A DNA stretch of 64,000 bases from an uncultured virus (IMG/VR IMGVR_UViG_3300043775_001647) (taxonomy: Duplodnaviria; Heunggongvirae; Uroviricota; Caudoviricetes): IMG/VR virus record IMGVR_UViG_3300043775_001647; one strand, given 5' to 3'. The notes under the pieces were generated by a model. The model searched no databases, was not told the origin of the DNA, and saw nothing but the letters and a program-made list of their open reading frames with translations. Below are positions 8,659-16,871 of the stretch, piece after piece; position 1 is the first letter of the stretch, and every line of letters begins with the position of its first letter. The position numbers were made by a program, and so were the translations under genes.

Positions 8659-8922
8659 TTAAAGAGTTATTTGGTGTAAGGTGGGGTCGTTAATGAGTAT
8701 GTCGGATAAAGACTGACCGTTGTCGGTGCGTCCATTTTGATATATGATATTGTCTTCGAATAAGTTTAATACATAGGATGTTGGTATTAAGGTTTCGTCG
8801 TTATGGGTAATAGAAGGGGCGTTTTTAAATGTGTCTAAAAAGTCGTCTTGGCGACCGTAGAGGGAATAAAGTAATTGAGATTTTTTAAAGTAAGTAGTTT
8901 GGTTGTTTATTTTTTTCTCCAT
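8659..8922 (-). CDS. Early hypothetical protein (leaderless)
   Basis: ATG immediately after the promoter -7 box. Confidence 0.8.
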   Translation of the reverse strand: MEKKINNQTTYFKKSQLLYSLYGRQDDFLDTFKNAPSITHNDETLIPTSYVLNLFEDNIIYQNGRTDNGQSLSDILINDPTLHQITL

Positions 8923-8975
8923 ACCTAAAGATACGAATAAGGGAGGGAGTTTCCAACCCTCCCCTAATCTTTTTT
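8920..8975. repeat. Terminator-promoter intergenic module (further copies at 13508-13565 and 13908-13964)
   Basis: CCATACCTAAA(G/T)ATACGAA...AGGGAGGGA..CCAACCCTCCCC.AAT.TTTTTTAA occurs three times. Confidence 0.85.
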
Positions 8976-9258
8976 AATTCTTTTTCTTTACTGGCTTTGC
9001 TGTTAGACCTGCCTTCTTCAAAGCAAAATAAACATCTGAGTACTTCACTCCAAGCTCCTTAGCAATCTCTCTGGTGGTCAAAGACCCATCTGCCATCTCA
9101 ACGATGCGAGGATCAACCGGCTTCTTCTCTCTCTTCTGAGCTGTTAGCCCGGTTAAGAATTTGATCAAGTCTTCCTTCTTGGTTTGACTAGCCTTCTGGA
9201 GACCTTTGGTAGTAGCTTCTGCTACTAGTTCTTTGTAAGATAATGTTTGAATGTTCAT
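8974..9258 (-). CDS. Small basic DNA-binding protein (Rho-N-like plus HTH)
   Basis: LSYKELVAEA...KKEDLIKFL; LTTREIAKELGVKYSDVYFAL. Confidence 0.75.
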   Translation of the reverse strand: MNIQTLSYKELVAEATTKGLQKASQTKKEDLIKFLTGLTAQKREKKPVDPRIVEMADGSLTTREIAKELGVKYSDVYFALKKAGLTAKPVKKKN

Positions 9259-9337
9259 AACCTATTTTTTTGTTTCTTTTTTATTATACCTAAAGATAAG
9301 AAGAAGCCTCCGAAGAGGCAACTCTTTTTTTTATTAT

Positions 9338-9589
9338 TTAGCTAAGCCAAACCATCATTGTGCCTGCATCGTACCACTCAAAGTACCATCCGTTCTCTTC
9401 AACGAAGTCGTTCAATTTAGGCTGTACTCCGAAGGTATCCATCCATCTCTCAGAGTAGTAGTCGAACAGGCTTGGATGAGACTCTCCTGATATCCAAATA
9501 CCTTCTCCACCAATGCCGAACTCTTCTGTTGTTCCTACTACATGAACTCCTTTTTCTCGGAGTGCTAAAATCATTCTGTCTCTTGTCAT
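9338..9589 (-). CDS. Early hypothetical protein
   Basis: Start corrected to AGGTT-ATG at 9589, after the promoter. Confidence 0.8.
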   Translation of the reverse strand: MTRDRMILALREKGVHVVGTTEEFGIGGEGIWISGESHPSLFDYYSERWMDTFGVQPKLNDFVEENGWYFEWYDAGTMMVWLS

Positions 9590-9684
9590 AACCTTTTTTA
9601 TTTCTTTGATACCTAAAGATACGAAAACAAAAGCAGGGGACCTACTGGCCCCCAAACTTTTTATCAAAAGAAAATAAAGGTTTC

Positions 9685-10467
9685 TTATTTGTAGATGGTC
9701 TTTCTAAAATTACCCATCACGTACTCCATTTTGATTCCCTCATGCGTAACAATTCGGTCTTCTTTCTCCACTCTCTTACCGCTGCCATCCTCTTCATAGC
9801 TCCAATCATATTGAACGTATGTAACTTCTAAATCAACAGTTTTACCAGATTTAGTTGCTTTAACGATTTTTAATTTCTTTACTAGATAAGAAGTCCATTG
9901 GCGATTAAACTCAAAGCATAGATCTGAATTCCACTCCATTCCCTCTCCGTTCAATTTATCGATAATATCTTGCTTTCTAGCTTCTTGCATCTGATAATCC
10001 TTCTGCTTAATTTCTGATGAAAGAATTTCATATTCGGAAGCCAGAGCAGCTAATTCTACCTTCTTACTATAAGGAGTTGCAAACGCTTCTTTAATACTAT
10101 CCATATCATTAAGCATCCTTTCAGCAACCTTACCATTGAAAATTAATCTCCTGAATTCAAATTCATCCTCACATATAGTAGCGTAAGTATTAAAGTAATA
10201 CTTCCTATCCTTATCTTCATCTCTCCAATAGCTCCTCTCAGTAATGCTCCCAATCTCCTTATGCCCAATCTTAAAATACATCCCACTATACCCCATCTCA
10301 ACAGCAACATCTGCATAAGATACTAATTCATCTGCAAATAGTTTCTCAAAGATTGCCTTCTTTTCTTCCTTAGCTTCCTTCTCAAGAGCCGAACAAGTAA
10401 CTTCGATTACATCTCTTTTCTCAATAAGAGCTGCTTTAACGATTTCTAAACTTTCATTTTTTGTCAT
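9685..10467 (-). CDS. Early hypothetical protein
   Basis: 260 aa, own promoter. Confidence 0.85.
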   Translation of the reverse strand: MTKNESLEIVKAALIEKRDVIEVTCSALEKEAKEEKKAIFEKLFADELVSYADVAVEMGYSGMYFKIGHKEIGSITERSYWRDEDKDRKYYFNTYATICEDEFEFRRLIFNGKVAERMLNDMDSIKEAFATPYSKKVELAALASEYEILSSEIKQKDYQMQEARKQDIIDKLNGEGMEWNSDLCFEFNRQWTSYLVKKLKIVKATKSGKTVDLEVTYVQYDWSYEEDGSGKRVEKEDRIVTHEGIKMEYVMGNFRKTIYK

Positions 10468-10510
10468 AACCTTTTTTTTATTTCTTTTTTCTATACCTAA
10501 AGATATGAAA

Positions 10511-10750
10511 TTAATCTTCTGGAGGCAACCCTAATCCTAACTTTTTTGCTAAAATTATCGCTGCATCTTTCTGCTCCTCTGAAGGCTCTGGGAACTTATG
10601 CCCCAGGTTGTAGAGCTCTTCATATAGCTCCTGCAAGTGTCTCTCAGTCGGAGACCCCCAAAAGTCTTTGCATGTAACAAAAGCGTCACCATATAGCAAG
10701 GCAGCAATCTCAAACAGATCTTCTCTCTTCTCTAATAACTCTTCTATCAT
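10511..10750 (-). CDS. Early hypothetical protein (leaderless)
   Basis: Promoter at 10753 abuts the ATG. Confidence 0.75.
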   Translation of the reverse strand: MIEELLEKREDLFEIAALLYGDAFVTCKDFWGSPTERHLQELYEELYNLGHKFPEPSEEQKDAAIILAKKLGLGLPPED

Positions 10751-10752
10751 AT

Positions 10753-10971
10753 CTAAAGATAAGAAATATTTATCGGGATAGCAACCTTTGCCTGCAAATC
10801 CTCTACCGAGCCTTCTAAGCCGGGAGGGTCAAGCCTCTCCATGCACTCTTTAAAAGAGCCTGTGAAGAGGATGCTGCAGTATCTAGCCGGCATGGCTTTC
10901 ACACCGGCTATTGCAAACATTCTATTCCCGCAGTGGTTTATATAATCGTAGTAGTTAAATATGGAATCCAT
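10753..10971 (-). CDS. Hypothetical protein
   Basis: ATG 10971 overlaps the end of the upstream gene. Confidence 0.55.
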   Translation of the reverse strand: MDSIFNYYDYINHCGNRMFAIAGVKAMPARYCSILFTGSFKECMERLDPPGLEGSVEDLQAKVAIPINISYL

Positions 10972-11494
10972 ATTCCCTTCCTGCAACTAAATTAGTTAAC
11001 AAGTAATCATCCCCGGTCAAGAATAATTGACGAAGCATCTGCTCTTCCATCCCTACACTCCGAATGATATACTCCATAGTCTCCCCGTCAACATCCATAT
11101 GCTTAAGCATGCTAATAATCTCTTCAACCATTCCAGGGTGACTCTTCATCTGCATAGTATCAGCTTTCTCAAGAATAACCAAATCCTTTAGCTGAATTAC
11201 ATAACGGGCATAATCATAACCCTGAGTATCAACCAAGAAGATTTTCTCTTTATAAGTAACCAAGTAGAACTGCTGATCTCCATCCAAAAAGTAATCGAAG
11301 AATGAGTTCGGGAATTCGACTATCGGAAGACTAGAAACAATCTCTCGAACGCTTTCATGCAATTCATTGAAGTTAATCGATGACCGAACATCATTCGGAT
11401 GATTAGGTTTACGTTCATAATCGAGAGTAGGGCGAGTAAGCTTTCTGTACTGCTCGTCAGTAATTGTGTCTGAGAATAATTTTTTGTTTTCCAT
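10955..11494 (-). CDS. Early hypothetical protein
   Basis: 179 aa, own promoter. Confidence 0.85.
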   Translation of the reverse strand: MENKKLFSDTITDEQYRKLTRPTLDYERKPNHPNDVRSSINFNELHESVREIVSSLPIVEFPNSFFDYFLDGDQQFYLVTYKEKIFLVDTQGYDYARYVIQLKDLVILEKADTMQMKSHPGMVEEIISMLKHMDVDGETMEYIIRSVGMEEQMLRQLFLTGDDYLLTNLVAGREYGFHI

Positions 11495-11553
11495 AACCTT
11501 TATTTATCTATACCTAAATATATGAATTATTTTTTAAATAAACAACTTTTTTT

Positions 11554-11649
11554 TTAAACCGCTTTACCGCAATCCCGGCATTTGCGTAATATTAACCCTG
11601 ATACGTGTCTTACTGCAACGTAGGTGGTTTTATGTTGACATGCTTTCAT
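11554..11649 (-). CDS. 31-aa Zn-finger-like peptide (not in ORF track)
   Basis: MKACQHKTT...RKCRDCGKAV. Confidence 0.5.
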   Translation of the reverse strand: MKACQHKTTYVAVRHVSGLILRKCRDCGKAV

Positions 11650-11654
11650 AGCTC

Positions 11655-11906
11655 TTAGAATTTATCTTGATAAGCAAACTCTCCATGCTCGTTGAATGCA
11701 TCAACCATGCTTTCAATTCTTTGAACATCATCATCATCCAACTCCAGAATGATTGAGTAATTATCCTCATCAACAATATCAACATCAAGAACTTTCGTTC
11801 CTTCTGGGTTCATAAATTCTTTATACCAGACATGACGTGTATTATCCATCATGATGTAGTAAGTTCGAACAGTGATTTGTTCTTCGTGATTTTCTAATAT
11901 CTTCAT
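11655..11906 (-). CDS. Acidic early hypothetical protein
   Basis: Own promoter, GGTT-ATG start. Confidence 0.8.
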   Translation of the reverse strand: MKILENHEEQITVRTYYIMMDNTRHVWYKEFMNPEGTKVLDVDIVDEDNYSIILELDDDDVQRIESMVDAFNEHGEFAYQDKF

Positions 11907-11949
11907 AACCTTTATTTTAATATACCTAAATATAAGAAATATAATTCAA

Positions 11950-12240
11950 TTAACCAACTACTTCCAAAGTAATTTTAATTTTAGCTACTCGGCAAGCTTC
12001 AAACATCTCTGCTTGATTTCTGTAATGTTCCACACTCTTTAAACAAAACTCTAGATACTCTGGGTAAGATTCACCATATGCTTTTGCATTCTTTTCATGA
12101 AATTTAGCTTCTTCAATCCATTTCTTAAGATTGTTCTCTGCTGTTTCTTTCTTAGAGAACATATCCTTGTTGGTAAACATGTTCAAGATTTCTCCTTCTG
12201 GAGTAATAGCAGCATACTTAAATTTTGTATCTATTTTCAT
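11950..12240 (-). CDS. Hypothetical protein
   Basis: Start corrected to AGGTT-ATG at 12240. Confidence 0.75.
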   Translation of the reverse strand: MKIDTKFKYAAITPEGEILNMFTNKDMFSKKETAENNLKKWIEEAKFHEKNAKAYGESYPEYLEFCLKSVEHYRNQAEMFEACRVAKIKITLEVVG

Positions 12241-12245
12241 AACCT

Positions 12246-12422
12246 TTAATTTTCTTCTCCTTGAATGATTAATTGAACAAACCCGTCTTCTTCCTGGATG
12301 TGACACTCCTCGGAAACGAATTCTATTGTCTCTCCAAACCCATACTCAACCAGACCAACAAACTCAATTTCTGATTCTGGATTCTGTTTCTGTAATTCTA
12401 ATATCAAGTCCTTTATTTTCAT
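12246..12422 (-). CDS. Acidic 58-aa protein (leaderless, not in ORF track)
   Basis: MKIKDLILELQKQNPESEIEF...; promoter at 12425 abuts the ATG. Confidence 0.75.
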   Translation of the reverse strand: MKIKDLILELQKQNPESEIEFVGLVEYGFGETIEFVSEECHIQEEDGFVQLIIQGEEN

Positions 12423-12465
12423 ACCTAAAGATAAGAATTATTTTTTTATTAAACAACTTTATTTT

Positions 12466-12648
12466 TCAATACCAACTCTCATTAATAACCACGTGATTGT
12501 ATCTGATATTGTCATTCTTGTCTCTATTCCAGACTTTGACCTCACAGTAGATATTGTTCTTACCATTCTGGTAGCCGACTACCTCATACATGTCAGCCAC
12601 CTCCTTCAGATGCTTCCATCTAGACCTACTTATCCTGCTGTAGTTCAT
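12466..12648 (-). CDS. Hypothetical protein
   Basis: ATGA overlap with the upstream gene. Confidence 0.7.
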   Translation of the reverse strand: MNYSRISRSRWKHLKEVADMYEVVGYQNGKNNIYCEVKVWNRDKNDNIRYNHVVINESWY

Positions 12649-12863
12649 TTCGCAATCTCTAGCTCCATAGTAGACCCATCCATGAACCGGACCATAGTCC
12701 CCATAAGCTGAGCGTAAGTATAAATGTTACAATCGAAATCCTGATAAAGAGTTTCCCTCTTATAGGAGCTTGTCAATTCAAGTTTCAATTTATCTGAAGA
12801 AGCAATCTCAAGCTTCCTTCCTTCATCTGTAATGGGCCTGTAACCAACGACTAGCTTTATCAT
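12645..12863 (-). CDS. Early hypothetical protein
   Basis: Own promoter. Confidence 0.75.
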   Translation of the reverse strand: MIKLVVGYRPITDEGRKLEIASSDKLKLELTSSYKRETLYQDFDCNIYTYAQLMGTMVRFMDGSTMELEIAK

Positions 12864-12899
12864 AACCTTTTTTCTATACCTAAAGATACGAAAGCTGGT

Positions 12900-13175
12900 T
12901 CAAAGAACCAACTCTCCATCCTTAAAAACGTAAATATTTTTGTCTGCTTTAATCTCGTGAATAGTATTAGCATTAATCATCCTGAATGCTTCTTTCTGCA
13001 TATCAAAGACAACGACCAATCCTTTCTCAGAGGGATTGTAAGACATTCCAACTCCTTTGACTCCTTTAGTAACACCCCTACGAGCATTCATCAATCTGAT
13101 TGAACCATCCTTCTTTGTGAAGGAAACTGTGAAGATCTTATCTCCTAGCAATTCTATAACCTTATTAACTTCCAT
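12900..13175 (-). CDS. SH3/Sm-fold (WYL_2-like) protein, leaderless
   Basis: FTVSFTKKDGSIRLM...VFDMQKEAFRMI. Confidence 0.7.
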   Translation of the reverse strand: MEVNKVIELLGDKIFTVSFTKKDGSIRLMNARRGVTKGVKGVGMSYNPSEKGLVVVFDMQKEAFRMINANTIHEIKADKNIYVFKDGELVL

Positions 13176-13201
13176 ACCTAAAGATAAGAATTATATTTCA
13201 A

Positions 13202-13510
13202 TTAACCAACAAAAAGTCCCATTTTATGCATTTCATTTTTTGCCTGGAAAGCAATTCGGCTCGAATCTGCTCCGATGTGAAAATCCAAAACCTCATCCTC
13301 ACCAATGGGGCGATAATTTTTCCAATCGTAAACCGTGAATACATCTCCGTCGGGAGTTTCCAAATTGTAATCGATGTTGGTTTTATCCTCCCCGTCATTA
13401 CTCTCCCATTGCGGATCTCCGAATGCTGCTCTCAACCTACCCAAGGTCGTTTTAATCGTAATGCCGTGGAAGGAAGTCTCATCGGTGGATTTATTTGTCT
13501 TTTTAACCAT
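13202..13510 (-). CDS. Early hypothetical protein (leaderless)
   Basis: Start corrected to 13510; LRAAFGDP...GDVFTVYDWK. Confidence 0.8.
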   Translation of the reverse strand: MVKKTNKSTDETSFHGITIKTTLGRLRAAFGDPQWESNDGEDKTNIDYNLETPDGDVFTVYDWKNYRPIGEDEVLDFHIGADSSRIAFQAKNEMHKMGLFVG

Positions 13511-13562
13511 ACCTAAATATACGAAAAAAAAGGGAGGGAACCAACCCTCCCCTAATCTTTTT

Positions 13563-13910
13563 TTAAGCTTCAACATCGCCGAACCCGGCATTGTCTGTTA
13601 ACTCCATCGCTTCATCTAAAATACCGTGTATCTTATCAGGGTCAGCAAGACCCGAAACATAATCCCCAAAGGTGTCTTCCTTGATCTGACATTGATTAAG
13701 GTCCTTAGCTACAGAGAACATAATATACTCTGGATCTGGAACTACTTCCCCTGTCAGCATGTGTCTCATCAATAAAGATGGTGAAATTAGTTTAGTAGTA
13801 ATAGCGTTAGCCATAGCGTGGCATTCAACACCGTAAGTCTCTTTAACTAATTTGTGAATGCTTAGTACATGTTCGTTGTACTCCACAAGTGTTTTTTTAT
13901 TTTCTCCCAT
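13563..13910 (-). CDS. Early hypothetical protein (leaderless)
   Basis: Start corrected to 13910, abutting the promoter. Confidence 0.8.
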   Translation of the reverse strand: MGENKKTLVEYNEHVLSIHKLVKETYGVECHAMANAITTKLISPSLLMRHMLTGEVVPDPEYIMFSVAKDLNQCQIKEDTFGDYVSGLADPDKIHGILDEAMELTDNAGFGDVEA

Positions 13911-13961
13911 ACCTAAATATACGAAAAAAAAGGGAGGGAACCAACCCTCCCCCAATTTTTT

Positions 13962-14312
13962 TTAATCTTCGTTTCCTGCCTCCTCTAAAACATCCCAAAG
14001 AGCTTCCAATGAATCAACAGCTGAATCAATTAAGAAATCCTCATCAATCGCAATTCTATCAATCTCAATTTTATTATCATAACCAATACTTAACTCAAAT
14101 TGATCCTTATCAGCAACATCATCCCAATCTTTCTCTGAAAGCATTTGTCGGAAAGTAGTTAGGAGAACATCCTTATCAATTACTTGCTTTGGAGCTTCAT
14201 CCTGCATTTCTGCAGATAAATCTGCTAACAACTTAATTACATCATCTTTAGTAAAGATGGAAGGGTAGCTGTTGGAAACCCTGTCGATTGCGTTTTTAAT
14301 ATTGTTTATCAT
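13962..14312 (-). CDS. Acidic early hypothetical protein
   Basis: YPSIFTKDDVIKLL; own promoter. Confidence 0.8.
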   Translation of the reverse strand: MINNIKNAIDRVSNSYPSIFTKDDVIKLLADLSAEMQDEAPKQVIDKDVLLTTFRQMLSEKDWDDVADKDQFELSIGYDNKIEIDRIAIDEDFLIDSAVDSLEALWDVLEEAGNED

Positions 14313-14359
14313 AACCTTTTTTTATTTCTTTTCTATACCTAAAGATACGAATCTTCTCT

Positions 14360-14539
14360 TTAATAACCAACTTTTATTTTATTTTTTTCCTCAACATAAA
14401 TGTTAAGAATGTTAGAAGCTCCTTCGTAGTTACCGCTAGTCAACATCATTGTTGATAATGCTAAGATTCTAGCCAAGTCTCTCTCCTTTGGAGTCCTGCT
14501 TGTGTCGTCTGCAATAGCTTGTAGTTCTTTATTTCCCAT
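14360..14539 (-). CDS. Early hypothetical protein (leaderless)
   Basis: Start corrected to 14539. Confidence 0.7.
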   Translation of the reverse strand: MGNKELQAIADDTSRTPKERDLARILALSTMMLTSGNYEGASNILNIYVEEKNKIKVGY

Positions 14540-14593
14540 ACCTAAAGATACGAATAAGCCTCTAAACAAACAACTAATTTATTTATTCTTTTG

Positions 14594-14683
14594 TTGGAAA
14601 TTAAAATTGTTTTTCGTATCTTTAGGATGTCGGAAAGATGGAGTACGAAGGGCGGGGTAAAAACCTGAAGAAATCAGACGTAG
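14594..14683 (+). ncRNA. Plus-strand promoter plus ~55-nt hairpin RNA candidate, copy 1
   Basis: TTG(14594)-N20-TATCTTTAG(14617), then ATGTCGGA...TCAGACGT; near-identical to 16112-16200. Confidence 0.5.
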
Positions 14684-14709
14684 GCTGTTCTTTAAAAAAA
14701 AATGGTATG

Positions 14710-14738
14710 AAAAAAAACCGACCCCTTTCGGGGCCAGC
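14710..14738 (-). terminator. Intrinsic terminator
   Basis: GCTGGCCCC-GAAA-GGGGTCGGT-T8 on the minus strand. Confidence 0.8.
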
Positions 14739-14760
14739 TTCTCATATAACTTAAACCAAA

Positions 14761-14988
14761 CTATTGCTCTGTGAGTTCTTTTACCTTCTCATTGTGAAGC
14801 TCAATCATTGCAAAGTAGAGCTCGATGCTTTGGACTCTGGATTTAGAACTTAATCCCAATGTCTGCTTAGCTGCATCCCTAGCTGAGAATCTAGACATCT
14901 TCATGCCTGTTTTGATTTCAAATTCAAGACCTGTGATGATTGTCTTCAATCTGAAGAGTTCGATGTTGTTTTTTTCTGTGATTATCAT
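14761..14988 (-). CDS. Early hypothetical protein
   Basis: GLEFEIKTGMKMSR; own promoter. Confidence 0.8.
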   Translation of the reverse strand: MIITEKNNIELFRLKTIITGLEFEIKTGMKMSRFSARDAAKQTLGLSSKSRVQSIELYFAMIELHNEKVKELTEQ

Positions 14989-15058
14989 AACCTTTTTTTT
15001 ATTTCTTTTTTCCTATACCTAAATATACGAATAAGCCTCCAAGGGACCAACTAAAATA

Positions 15059-15085
15059 AAAAAAAAAATGGGCCCGAAGGCCCAC
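15059..15085 (-). terminator. Intrinsic terminator (UUCG loop)
   Basis: GTGGGCC-TTCG-GGCCCAT-T run. Confidence 0.85.
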
Positions 15086-15088
15086 TCT

Positions 15089-15877
15089 TTAAATGAACGA
15101 TTCTGCAAGCTCGTAAAGCTTCTCATTCAATTCAATATCTCTATTGAAGTTCTTGATAGACCTAGCCGTCTTATTTCGGCCGGTAGAGGCTTTGTATTTA
15201 AAACCACCACGAACCATCTTCTCTTGAATCACATTAAAGACTGTCCAAAGATCATTCCCTTCATCCTCAGAACGAACAGGCTTAAGAATTTCCTCAGCCG
15301 TAACCTCAGCTCCACCTTCTCCAAATCTAATACCCAAAGCAGCTAAAGCCATCTCAACCTTCTGATCCTCAGTCAAAGTAACCTCTCTAAATTTATTCAA
15401 GGTCTCAACAGTCACCGGTAAGGTTTCAACCAACCCCATAACCGTCTTCTTTAACTCCTCAAAAGAATAGCCCTTATGACGGATGGTCATAGAACCGAAA
15501 TCTTTGGTTGCAATAACCAACCCATTAGAACAAATCAATCTGAACAAACCGGCTCTGAACTGGAATGAAGAAAGACCATCGTGAGAGTTACTCAATAGGA
15601 TCTGAGGGTAAACAACCTCTCCATCCTCACTCTTAATAACTACATCGTCGTTTCTGAATACAACCATGTGCTTACTAAAGCTTCCACCCGCTTCATCTTT
15701 GCGAGTCTTTCTTTGCTTTGCATCAACAACATTCCATCCCATCGTAGCCATATCACCGATTAAATCGATAGTGGGTACGTGAACATACTTTGAAGATACT
15801 TTTGAAGAGACACCAGTCTCGAGAACTGCAGGGGCCATAATGGCGATCTGCTCTGTGGTTAAAAATGTGTTTTTCAT
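15089..15877 (-). CDS. DUF932/DUF945-family protein
   Basis: PQILLSNSHDGLSSFQFRAGLFRLICSNGLV; DLWTVFNVIQE; start corrected to 15877. Confidence 0.85.
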   Translation of the reverse strand: MKNTFLTTEQIAIMAPAVLETGVSSKVSSKYVHVPTIDLIGDMATMGWNVVDAKQRKTRKDEAGGSFSKHMVVFRNDDVVIKSEDGEVVYPQILLSNSHDGLSSFQFRAGLFRLICSNGLVIATKDFGSMTIRHKGYSFEELKKTVMGLVETLPVTVETLNKFREVTLTEDQKVEMALAALGIRFGEGGAEVTAEEILKPVRSEDEGNDLWTVFNVIQEKMVRGGFKYKASTGRNKTARSIKNFNRDIELNEKLYELAESFI

Positions 15878-16111
15878 AACTGTTTTTATCTTATTGATAC
15901 CTAAATATACGAATAAGCCTCCGAAGAAGCAACCTTTAGACAAAAAAAAATAACGACCATCCAAAGCATTTTTTGTGGCCACTATAGTGTTTCTGTAGGT
16001 TCTAGAAGCTTTTGATTGTTATTTTATTATGTGCCCTAAGCTCGTTTCCTTATGTAACGTCAATGTCTCTGTAGACTACATTAATAAATATGGTAAAAAT
16101 AAAAAAAAGTG

Positions 16112-16200
16112 TTTGTCCCCTGAACTAATGTTCGTATCTTTAGGATGTCGGAAGATAGTACGAAGGGCGGCTCCAAAGGGGTTGAAGAAATCAGACGTAG
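16112..16200 (+). ncRNA. Plus-strand promoter plus ~55-nt hairpin RNA candidate, copy 2
   Basis: TTTG(16112)-N19-TATCTTTAG(16135), then ATGTCGGA...TCAGACGT. Confidence 0.5.
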
Positions 16201-16245
16201 TTTGGGCCCTGGAATAAGTGGTACTTTCAGTGGTACCTTACCACT

Positions 16246-16441
16246 CCCCCTAGAACCACATCCCCAAGTCTTCCCCAGCGGTTTCTTTTCCCAGACCTCC
16301 CCCCCCCCCATGTCCCGCCTGCGGCGGGTCTCCCCTTACCCCCCACTGTTCCTGCAGGTCTCCCCCCATGCCCGGGGCGGTACCTCGAGTCGATCGACCG
16401 GCGAGTCTTGCGAAATCGACCGGAGCGGTACACATGCCGGT
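16246..16441. other. GC-rich patch with C-tracts and a palindrome cluster
   Basis: About ten C3-C11 runs; CCTGCAGG, CCCGGG, GGTACC, CTCGAG and GTCGATCGAC within ~50 bp. Confidence 0.8.
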
Positions 16442-16648
16442 AAACTCTCCTAAATACTCTCCACTCTTCCCTTGTCTATTTTCTACACACCATTACCATT
16501 CTTTTATATAGTACCATGTTATACCCACTACTAGTTAACACACATTACTTTTCATTACACACTTCCCATATCACCCTTACCCTTTATATTATGTTTTCTC
16601 ATTGTCTTATAGTCTTACCATACGTCTATACTTATCTATAGTATACTC

Positions 16649-16822
16649 TACGGTTTAATAAGCTACGGTCGTCTAACACTACGGTTGACTCCTTACGGTT
16701 TTCTTTACAGTTCCCTATACGGTTTACTCACTACGGTTGTCTAGTTCCTACGGTTACCTATCTTACGGTTACCTCTACCATACTATCCTACGGTTGACTC
16801 TTCTACGATTTTCTATACGGTT
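16649..16822 (+). repeat. Array of 12 TACGGTT heptamers (iteron- or pac-like)
   Basis: Perfect copies at 16649, 16680, 16694, 16718, 16732, 16749, 16764, 16789 and 16816; one-mismatch copies at 16664, 16706 and 16804. Confidence 0.9.
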
Positions 16823-16871
16823 TTCTTTATATTGGCTATACCCTGAATTACTCTACTCCTTCTTACTAGGT

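Larger units (their letters stand above)
8608..15909 (-). promoter_or_regulatory. 17 copies of an early promoter, TTG-N~19-20-TAT(C/A)TTTAG (Bacteroidota -33/-7 type)
   Basis: CTAAA(G/T)ATA on + at 8608, 8925, 9290, 9613, 10497, 10753, 11514, 11926, 12425, 12880, 13178, 13513, 13913, 14339, 14542, 15019 and 15901, each directly upstream of a gene; similar sites at 21743 and variants elsewhere. Confidence 0.9.

Noticed and set aside
14665..14675. Hammerhead ribozyme (CTGAAGA)
   Set aside because: No stem II followed by GAAA and no matching stems I/III; copy 2 has TTGAAGA
8600..15940. CRISPR array or integron attC interpretation of the repeated motif
   Set aside because: Repeats are separated by whole genes of variable length, match a promoter consensus, and no cas or integrase gene is present in the window
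16351..16400. Cloning-vector polylinker contamination
   Set aside because: Site order is not one I recognise, and it is continuous with flanking phage-like C-tract repeats; raw reads should still be checked
16029..16453. Five overlapping ORFs in the GC-rich patch (incl. 16145-16453)
   Set aside because: Explained by high GC and few stop codons, low-complexity products; frame not conserved in the duplicate element at 14627
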